The position numbers and the translations under genes were made by a program. 64,000 nt of DNA from Klebsormidium nitens (lineage: Eukaryota; Plantae; Klebsormidiophyceae), in contig DF237058.1 of the NCBI GenBank assembly GCA_000708835.1, positions 124,001 to 188,000 on the forward strand. The letters run 5' to 3'. The notes beneath the pieces were generated by a model. That model saw only the letters and a list, made by a program, of their open reading frames with translations. It was not told where the DNA came from and searched no databases. Positions 38,301 through 47,912 of the stretch are shown piece after piece (the stretch's first letter is position 1; the number at the start of each line of letters is the position of its first letter).

Positions 38301-39833
38301 GCGCTAAGAGCAACTTCTTGAGCGGCTTCAAGCGCAGAGCAACCGCCAATTGCACACAGTGCAAGCTACGCTTTATGGCGCACTGCGATCAGATGGCAGG
38401 ACCGTTGCAAACTATGAAATCGCCCATCTGAAGTTGAAACACTGAGATTGTCCATCAGCAACTTTTGAAATTGCTCCGTCCAATCTCTGCGTCAAACCTG
38501 AAGTAGGATGTTCACTTCGGACCGGCAGAGGTGCAATCGTGTACGTGGCAAAAAACTCCGTCCTCTTATTACATGAGCGGCTTCGCGAATCCAGGACATT
38601 CCGAGTTCAAAACACGGTAGGACAACGACTTTGTCCAACCAGTTCTGCTCTCTACTTTCAGGGCCCTGTTCACAGCTACGTCGCTGCCCCGGGCGGCAAG
38701 ACAGCCTACCTCTCTGAGCTGCAGAGCGGTCGGGAGGTTTTGGTGGTCGACTCACAGGGCCTCACGCGGAGCGCTCTCGTGGGGAGGGTCAAAATCGAGT
38801 CGCGGCCGTTGATTCTAGTAGAAGCACAGGTAAGCTGCGGCGGTTGGTTATGACTGGCCCCATAATCATAAGCTAAGGTGGAGGCGCTCCTGAATGTGGC
38901 CACGTGGCTGGGGAGATCAGGTGTTCTTGATACGTTGACGTTTGTCGAGAGAACAGTTTATACATAGGCTGTGAATTTTTACACAAGCTGCATACGGCGA
39001 CTGTCCTCCGGCAAAGTCGCACTGACGGTTTAACGCTTTGGAAGGAATTCTGCTTTCGTCGTTCCACGCCTTCTTCTCAGTTTGCCATGGGTTCTTTTCC
39101 TGAGTAAAGGAGGCGGATGGTTGCACCGTAAACATATCCACTTGGTGGCTTCACAGTACCCGAAACAAGGAGCCGGCGAGATCGGCTTCTGACGTCTTCT
39201 TTCCGGCGTCTTCAAGACGTTTCCATTCTGGTCCGAACTTGTGATACGCCTCTGATTTCCGTTAGAGTTTTCCTTCAGGCCGACGGTCAGCGACACTCCA
39301 TCCTGCTGCAAAATGCGGAGACCGTCCGACTCGTGGGCTCTGCCCAATCAGGTGCGTCGGTTGGACTTGGTTCCTCTTGCAAGATAGATTCGTCCCTTCT
39401 AAACTCAGCTACTAAAATGAAATGGCGCTGGCAGCGCTCAAATATGTGAAGATTGCGGATTTCAGATTGTTGTTCCGTGTACTTTGCGAACGACCGCGAA
39501 GTTGCAAATGTTGTTGTGTGTACTTGGCGCCGGCCGCCTTTCGCCAAGGCAGCTCCGCTGGTTAAGCTTGAAGGGGTTGAGAGAAGCCGCTCAATTTGCC
39601 CGCGATGTACCAATCTACTCACATTCCACTACCTCGGCGACGACGAGCTCAAAATATTTTTGAAGTATCGAAGTAATGACCGATCTTGTTTCGCAGATGA
39701 TGGAGGGGAGAACGAGCGCGTGCCCATTTCCGTTTCGAAACTAAAGCTAGGGGACAGAGTCTTGCTTAGTATACAAGACTCAGCAGCGAGGCACACGGGA
39801 TTCAAGGTAAAGGAAATGATAGATGAGCGATGA
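35341..39833 (+). CDS. 3-dehydroquinate synthase II-like protein (plant homolog of the archaeal family), 9 exons, ~399 aa; 5' end uncertain
   Basis: Exons 35341-35587, 36042-36220, 36568-36666, 37114-37182, 37523-37660, 38100-38189, 38662-38829, 39279-39351, 39697-39833. Motifs [89 protein letters not shown]. Confidence 0.9.
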
Positions 39834-39989
39834 CGCAGAGGCAATGATGCCCGGGGGTGCATATTATGAGTCTGTTACAGACCTGCTGTACGCACAATGG
39901 AAGCCGCCGCTTTCGACTCCTTCCAGGTGCTCAAATTAAAGCACCTACGAGCCCCTATCAACTGTACCGACTCCAATGTAAAGTGAGCA

Positions 39990-40450
39990 CTGTAACGATC
40001 CCGCGTATCAACGTGGTATGAAGCTTCGCCGTTCAATCATGGACCAGCCTGCGTGGGTCAACATGATCAAGTGCTGGGCATCGACGATCAAAGTTTCAAT
40101 CGCCCCCGGCCAGCGTATCCCGCAGCCATGATCGTGTGGCCTGCGCACGCTTGAATCGCACTGAACATTGAAATGAAAGCCTTTCAGACACCCATTTCTT
40201 AACGTGGCCCACAATTGAGGAACATTCTTATGAATGATCCCCGTGGCGGCCAAAAATGATTGCACAATTTCCAAATGCAAGGGACGTACGTAATATCAAA
40301 GTCATTCAAGCTAGCTACAATCTATCGGCAGCAATCAATCGAGCAAGCTTCAGCTGAATTTCACACACCGTCCATTTCCTCGCGCGAGCTTGATCTTTCG
40401 CGACTGCATTCCATGCAGACTGCGAACGTACTCGAGTAGATAAGGGCATC
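39990..40450. other. Palindrome-dense intergenic island
   Basis: agctagct 40309-40316, ctcgcgcgag 40379-40388, tactcgagta 40429-40438. Confidence 0.5.
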
Positions 40451-40451
40451 A

Positions 40452-41061
40452 TCAGAGTTGCACCTTTATCAACCGTCCCAGAGAAAGAGCGCATTGAACT
40501 TCGCCTTCTGGGAACACGATTGGCGCTCCGAACATGCGCGTACTGTGAACCACTAGCGTCCTGTAAAAGAGGTTTAACGCCCTGTCACAGCGGTACGCTC
40601 TGGCCGACGTCATGATGGGCGGAAACACAAGTGGCAAGCTAGAGGAATAAGACCGTTGTGCATCGAAACCGTTAGATCCGAGGCTTGCCGTTCTCATGCA
40701 CCCGTGCGCGCGCGCACAGCTTCTGACCAGAAACCGATTTTGGTTGATAGTGGTCAGACAGACCAAATCGAAACTTTGCTGACGCACATTCAGTCCAGAA
40801 CATGCACTTGAGTGACTCAGCTCCCTTTCGCTGTTCTAGCTGTTTTCGCAAACGATTCAGTCGAATTGCTCGCGCGCACTCTAGTTTTGGCGCCGGGCAC
40901 CAAGCATGCACGACGACACCAATCAAAAAGCTTGCCATGTCACTCATAAAAGTTAAAGACGGCGAAGCAAAGAATATTGTTCCGCATGCGCTTCGCACGA
41001 GCGCGCGGTTCGCAGCTTTGTCAGTCAGCAGCTTCGTGCGGGCAAGGAAGGAGACAGACAT
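40452..41061 (-). CDS. Possible unidentified gene (two overlapping ORFs), divergent from the peroxiredoxin
   Basis: The ORF from ATG 41061 runs to 40672 and overlaps ORF 40452-40787 in another frame. No convincing splice join or motif. Confidence 0.2.
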
Positions 41062-41161
41062 TTGAGGTTTGCGAGTCTGGCGAACCTCCAGGAAGAAGTT
41101 TTCTGGTCTGGATCTGTCTGATAGTGCTCTGCTCAAACTTGCTCGAAACCTTAAGACTTTT

Positions 41162-44100
41162 ATGGCGGCGCAAGCAATCCGGTGCGCAGGGCTCCAACTC
41201 AACTCTGCCCGCTTCGTTTCCCTCGCATCCAAGATCTCTCGCAGCGCTTCGCCCCTTCTCTCCCGCTCTTTCTCCGGTGTACCCCTCCTTTCCCCAGGGC
41301 TTACGTCAGCGCCGCATCACCCCGGCTGGCGGTACGTACCGCGCTGCTCCCTTTACTCACACGCGAAGTCCAAGTCAGCCATGCCGGTCCGTTTGGGGGA
41401 GGTGATTCCCGACCTGGAGGTGACGACCACTAAGGGCAAGTACAAGCTGCAGGAGTGGGTCGGGGATGGCTGGGGAGCGATATTCTCCTTCCCGGGTGAG
41501 CGGTCCGTACCATAACATTTCAATCGTGAGGGCTCTCCTTTTACTGGGGTGCAGGTCGTGTTTCAGCGGGGTTTGTAGATTCTGCGTTGCCCTGAACTTT
41601 TTGGAGCAATCTCGGGATTGAGTGTTCTGCTATAACTTGGCTAAAGGAAGAAGAGCATCTCAGAATGCACGAGGGCCCAATATCTGAAACGAACCCAACA
41701 TTTGTACATGCATTCACAACGCAAGGGAAGGGGTTAGACGTTCTGGTTGACAAAGATATCTGAGAAACAGGACCAACTCTTGAGTTATGACAAGAGATGG
41801 TCACACTGAGGTCGCAAGTCATCATTGAGCCTGTCTGAAAGGATGAAAGCAGATTGCCTATTCTACAGATCTGTAAAAGTTTCTGCATAGCCTCTGATTT
41901 CTGACTCCTTTTTAATAGCAGCAAGATATGCGGTCGAAGGGATAACTTCAGATACTGCTTGCATGCCGCTGTCTTTGAACAAAATGATGCTGTACCCACG
42001 TTTTTCTTTCCGGGTTTGGATAACGCAACCGCTTTTGGTTTTTCTTGGGCTCTTGAAATATCCCAACATGCTGGTATACGTTTGTGCTCGACTCGCAATC
42101 CACATGCTCCGCTCTTCATTTCAAACAGCGGAAACCCTTGCAGCACTGAAATTCGTCGTCTTGGCTTTGACGGAAAACAGCAGTGCGGCAGAAACATCTG
42201 TCAGCCTCCTGCTCCCCCCTGACCGCCAAACCTCAGGTCGACCGAAAAATGGTTTTACTTCCTGCCTGTGTGTTTGAAGAACCACCTTTGCTTTGTTCTA
42301 CCCTCTGATTTCTATCACCTGCAGCAGAATCTGACCATGCACGGGGAATTGAACGTAGAAGTCCGTACCGCTGGCTTACTCCTTGTGTTCATACCTGCTT
42401 GTCTGCGATCAAAATGTCGTGGCAAAGAAAAAAATGTTCCTTGATGGCTGGTGACTCACCAGTCCTTCTAAGAGGAAGTGAGCCACGATTTTTTTGTTGC
42501 TTCCAATACAAGGATCTGCAGATTTCGCGCGCAATTCATATCAGGACGGTGTGATAGGGGAACGCTTTCGCCCGTTTCAACAACGGCACACTCTCTCAAA
42601 CACCTAATTTTCTCCAAAACAGTCACCGTTTGTGCTTCGCTTTTCTTGTTTGCGTGTCCTTTCGAGATAGCATCTCTCTTGCCACCCGCTAAAGCACTCT
42701 AATGCGCTCCTCTCTCTACCTGAGAATCGCTTCTCCTCAAACAAGACGGACTCCGTTTTCCGCGCATCTAGTTTTTCTCTGGAACCATTTTCCCGGTTGC
42801 ACTTCTATCGACCACTTTTACCCCCATTTCTCGCAGCCGCCTTCACCCCCGTGTGCACCACCGAGCTGGCCGTGGTCGCCAAGTACCAGGCCAAGTTCAA
42901 GGAGCGTGACGTCAAGCTGATGGGCGTGACGATCGAGTCGCCGGACAACCAGGACTTTGGCAACTGGCTCAAGGACGTGGAGACATATGCCGAGACGAAG
43001 ATCGAGTTCCCGGTCGCGTTCGACCCGTCCCGGGCCATCTCGGACAAGCTGAACCTGCTGGACCTGGAGAACCTGAACGGGGAGGGCAACCCGATGAACG
43101 CGCGCGGGATCCACATCATCCGCCCCGACAAAAAGGTGCGCGCCGCACGTCCGCTGGTTTTTCCGCTCCGTTCCGTTTCATATTTTCCGCTCCGTTCAAT
43201 CGGACAGAACGGGGAGGGCAACCCGATGAACGCGCGCGGGATCCACATCATCTGCCCCGACGAAAAGGTGCGCGCGCACATCCGCAGATACTTTCCTCAC
43301 AGTTCTGTTCCATCTTTCCGCTCCGTCCCGTCTGAATTATACTTGAACGGATCGGGCAACCCGATGAACGCGCGCGGGATCCAAACCCGGCCTGACAAGG
43401 AGGTGCGCGCGCACGTCCGCATATCATTTCCGCTCCGTTGAGTTCCATCAAACCGCCCCGTTCCGGCTGACCCTGTAACCTGTAACGGGGAGGGTTACGC
43501 TCCGTTCCGTTTCATCTTTTCAGCTCTGTTCCTTTTGATGTTTGTAACCTGAACGGAAAGGGCAACTTGATGAACGCGCGCTGGGTTTACATCATCCACC
43601 CCAACTACAACTTTTGCCAGTGCCGTTATCTCATCATTTCTCTCGTTTCCGTCCAACCAAGTCCGCTCCTCATGTTCGCGTCCTCGCTTCCAGTGCTGCG
43701 CTTTCTGGGCTGGAAGCGCGAGAAACCATAGAAAAGCTTCTCTTCTGTCGTTGAATCAGTTCGTCTCGGCAGCTTGGCTCTCCGGATAGCCAATCGAAGC
43801 TACCCCCGCGACAACCTACTTAAGCGGCACTTTTCAATCTCCCTCTTAATTCTGTTGGATCCAGACTAGAGAGGCTGAGTGGCGTCTCGTGGGAGGTCGG
43901 GTTAGGGTTTGCCTTTCGCGTTATTCGTTTGTTCCTGTGAAGGAACTGCTTCAGGACCAAACGCTGATGCAGGTAAATCGTCTGCAGCTTTGCTGAAGTT
44001 TTAAAGGTGCAAATTCTGCTCAGATTTTCTTTCGTCTTTCTGAACGGCCACTCTGCGAAGTTTTGAGTCCACAGTTTGCCCTCTCCTCACCGTAAATGTC

Positions 44101-45548
44101 TCCTAGCCTCCTTGAATCGTCTTATGAACCTTCAAGCTCGATCCTCCGTCATTTTCTTCGGTTTCGCGATCGTGTCAAGCGAGGTTCAGAACGTCTTTGA
44201 TTTTGTTTGAAAAGTGACCGTCTCGACAGGGGAGGCTGTGACGATACGGCACGTGGGTTTCTGCCCCACACCAGCTGTTCCTCACGCTGAAAGCCATTGC
44301 TGCTACGAGCAGAATCTCTTCGCCCGTCGAAAATAAGAGCTTTACACGTTGTTGGTCCGAAAAACGGTCTAAAATGGATTCAGAATGTCTTCGCTGCCAA
44401 AAGTAATGGTTTTGTGAAGGGCGAGGCTGGGACGATACAACGTATGGGCTTCAGCCCAACTCCACTCCCTGTAGACCGATCGCCTCTTCCACTGGAAGCA
44501 GATACTCTTTGCCATTGGAAGGCAGATGCTTTGATATTCTCAATTCGGATAAGGCGGTCCAACACGATTATGAAAATGTTCAGAACGTCTTTGGTTTCAA
44601 AGTAGTGGTCTTGAAGGGGAATGCTGTGACGGATATGGCATGTGGGCGTCTGCCCAGGGCCCCAGTTATTGCGGATTCCGACCGCTTTTGCCAGTATGAG
44701 CAGAACCTTTTCGCTCTCTGTAAAGCAGATCTTTCCACATTCTTGGCTCGGTCACAGCGGGCCCAGAGCCTCTAATCAGATTCTGAAAGTCTTTACCTTT
44801 GACTCAAAAGTAATGGTCTCGAAGGGGAGGGCTGTGACGATAAGGCGTGTGGGCGTCCGCCCACCCCACCCAGTAGACCAGCCGACAGCTGCCTTTGCCC
44901 CTAAAAGCACTATCTCTTGCTCTACTGAAACTAGAGGCTTTCACTTCATGGTCCGGTCACAGCAGGCTATATGGTCTGTCTTGCTGGTTACCTGTCTCCC
45001 TTCTCTGAGATCAGTCATCTTGGATCTGTTTTCTCACCCTCATCTTCACGTTTTGAATAAGATTTAAGCGTTCGATTGAGATATACGCGCTCGTCTTTGC
45101 AGAATCCGCCCCTTCTCCTCTACACTTTGATCAAAATATAAGCGCTCAATAAACATATACGCGCCCGTCTTGCAGATCCGGCTGACTCTTCCTGTACCCC
45201 GGCATGGTGGGCCGCAACTTTGGCCCTTTCTTCAGTATTCATCAAATATAAGCGCCACATAACATATACGCGCCCGCCTTGCAGATCCGGCTGACGCTGC
45301 TGTACCCCGGCCCCGTGGGCCGCAACTTCGACGAGATCATTCGGTGCATCGCGGCGCTGCAGCTCAACTGGAAGCTCCACGTGGCAACCCCGGCCAACTG
45401 GAAGATCGGGGACCGGGTGATCGTTCCTCTGAAGATCTCGGACGAGGAGGCGGAGAAGCGGGGCATCAAAAACATCAAAGCAGAGGACCTGCCGTCCAAA
45501 AAGAAGTACCTGCGCTGGGGGGAGGCGGAAGTGCTGACCAAGATATGA
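41162..45548 (+). CDS. 1-Cys peroxiredoxin (Prx6 family) with N-terminal targeting extension, 3 exons
   Basis: Exons 41162-41495 (second in-frame ATG at 41381), 42837-43135, 45285-45548. Motifs FTPVCTTEL, PMNARGIHII, LYPGPVGRNFDEI, VATPANWK, LPSKKKYLR. 298 aa from the first ATG or 225 aa from the second. Confidence 0.93.
43075..43610 (+). repeat. Tandem copies of the exon 2 3' end plus 5' splice site (3 clear, 2 decayed)
   Basis: gaacggggagggcaacccgatgaacgcgcgcgggatcca at 43075 and 43207, variant at 43345; remnants near 43482 and 43551. AG|GTGCGC donors at 43136, 43268, 43403. Confidence 0.95.
44187..44985. repeat. Intronic tandem repeat, ~194-202 bp unit, 4 diverged copies
   Basis: Units start at 44187, 44381, 44581, 44783. 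Shared blocks cagaa.gtct, aaagt..tggt, gaaggg..ggctg.gacgata, gtggg. Confidence 0.8.
45060..45330 (+). repeat. Tandem copies of the 3' splice site plus exon 3 start (3 copies)
   Basis: atatacgcgc.cg.cttgcag motif with AG ending at 45102, 45175 and 45284. The middle copy carries a degenerate exon 3 start. Confidence 0.9.
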
Positions 45549-46379
45549 GATCAGGCGGAGGTTTTGAATAGGGGGTGGTAAGAAAGTGGGGCTTGGTTAG
45601 AGAGGGTAAAATCGAGCAGAATTAGAGCAGAAACAAGTGGACATTTTTGAAAGGGACAAATGCACATATGGGCGATCTGAGATGTGGAAAACTAGTAGAG
45701 GGGAAGCGTATGGCGATTCCGCCGATCAACCAACGGTCGCCCTGCTTAGGAAAGTAAATGTAACGTCGAGGATACTTTAGTTTCCAGTGCAGCTGAGAGT
45801 CAGGTCCGAGATTCCTGGAAGGATCTGTATAGGGTCTTCTTTGTCCTAGCATCTTTGCGAAACAAACGCACGTACAAACGAAGGGGCGCAGCTCACAGAG
45901 AAACCCGTTTCCCATGTACAGAAGACGTTATGGAACTTTGCTGCGCCAAAAGAAAACGTGACATCAGCTCCTTTAATTTCCTGCCGTTAAGGTGATAGTG
46001 GGGTGCTCCCTGACCAAGGTGCGTTCCGAGAAAGCGGCCTTTGTTGAGTGATCGCATGCCGCCTCTAGTGGTGACCTGTAATGTTTTACGTGTGAGCCCC
46101 GGACCCAGATCTTTGGATTAGAAGAGTGTGCGCTACTGTTGCAGCATACTCTTGCATAACCCAGTAAAGTCTGCTCCGGCCTAATCTTAACGAGTGGTAC
46201 CGCCATGCGCGCTTCTGGTCTTCATCCGTAACGATCCGTCCGTTGTCAATCGTGAGCAAGGCGGACCCTGCCATTGCCGAATATCCTCGAGCACCTCAAT
46301 CTCAGCGAGTATGAAGACAAGCTTGGTACTCAGTTTGCTTGTCGTCTTGACATAACTCGACGGCTTCAACTGATCCATC

Positions 46380-46990
46380 TGCGTACTCCTAAGGCACGTG
46401 CCACGCCGGGTTTACAACGAAGTCACGAGGATTGAGCTGGTTGCGTGTGAGTTAAGCATCAATTGATGTAACTTCCAAGCAAGCCATCCCGGCTGGTATT
46501 GCGTCAGAGATGTACATCATGCATAACGTTATGCACAAACCTATGCTTTGGAAGTTGGCCTATACGGCCCAGCCAGAGCCTGATTGACGGTCACCGCGGG
46601 TCACCACGGTACGAAACTGGTGATAACTGGAATTGAAGCGGCCAGAGCAATACGTGTATCGCGCGCGTGATCTACTTGCAGGTATACGCACGCATGCAAT
46701 GTTTGACTAAGGGGCCCTTAGCACGCGAGCATGCAAGGTAAATCTACCGGCCAAAGAAGGGCCGCCGCACCTGGCATCCGATCGCTCATGCGTGTCTAAC
46801 ATGCCGGCCGGCACCCACGGTGCGCTAGTTAGTTGAGCAACATTGGCACCGGCGTCTGTACAACATAATGGTGGGTGGGGGCGGCCTGGCCATATGCATC
46901 GTGTCTTTAAGCTAGTATTGTACGCGTGTAGTGACGTACTTAAGCCTCAGCCTGTTTTCGAAGGTATTGAACGTACCGCGTCGAACATAA
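46380..46990. other. Strongest palindrome-dense intergenic island
   Basis: Perfect palindromes ggcacgtgcc 46393-46402, catcaattgatg 46457-46468, gatgtacatc 46509-46518, tgcataacgttatgca 46520-46535, tgccggccggca 46802-46813; ctaaggg-g-cccttag 46707-46721; outer stem aacttccaa 46470-46478 / ttggaagtt 46548-46556. Confidence 0.7.
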
Positions 46991-47912
46991 TGATCGTTGA
47001 CGGTTCCAATGGTCTTTGTCTCGCACATTGAGTTCTTTTCAGGTCAGTTCCTGTTGTACAATCTAATGTTAACCACTCACTCGTTTTGGGCCACCTTAAC
47101 TTACATCAGATTCGCTTACAAACCCATGGCTTCTTATTTCTCTCCTGCTGCCCTTGCTGTACAAAGTCTCTCGCTCAGTTACTCAATCCAACAGATAACA
47201 TTGCCCTAAATCACCTTACCCCTACTTTGAGCCTAGACCACGGAAGTACGGCAATGTCAATCCTCGAATCAAGGTGAATGGATAGCACGAAACGGGCTTC
47301 AAGTCCCCTTAGTTGACACCGTACACAAACACAGCAGCCCCGAATCTGTGGTTCTCTGCGATCCAAATGTACAAACGCTAACTTCCTGATACAACCCTAG
47401 CGTCTACTCTAAATTCACCAAATCTGCACAAAACTACTAAGCGACCTTTCCGCGCTGATGAGCCAAATGGCCACCTAAACGTCTACAAAGAAAGAAAATG
47501 CTGAAGTGGTTAGCTCTAGATCTGAAGATATGCAATTGAGGCTGTATCTACCACAAGAAACATTCAGAACGGTGCACTCCATACTATGGAGGACGGCCCT
47601 ATACCGATTGAAAGATCAACGGTGCACGGAGTCCTCTAAGTGTGGCGTAGCGTCAGCAAAAGCACTTTGCGGAATGAAGTCAAAGCCGGGTTGAGCAGAA
47701 GACCCAAGACGAGGCGAGTAGAGCACAATCGGTTTACCGCCAATGTTCGGAATCCTTCGGAATCAGAGACTTGGCACTCGCCCTACCGAAGTTTGTAAAG
47801 ACAGATTTGGCACCTAGCCATACTCGACACCTGGCAAACCTCTCTATAGAAAAAGTTAACGTGTGATACTCACCAACACAATGACCTGGCTCGAATGCGT
47901 TTGCGCGGTGCG

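Noticed and set aside
43899-43910. Telomere-like gggttagggttt (also 63541-63552)
   Set aside because: Single short occurrences with no array.
46086-46378. Two short overlapping minus-strand ORFs
   Set aside because: Mildly protein-like but unidentifiable and not joinable; insufficient support.
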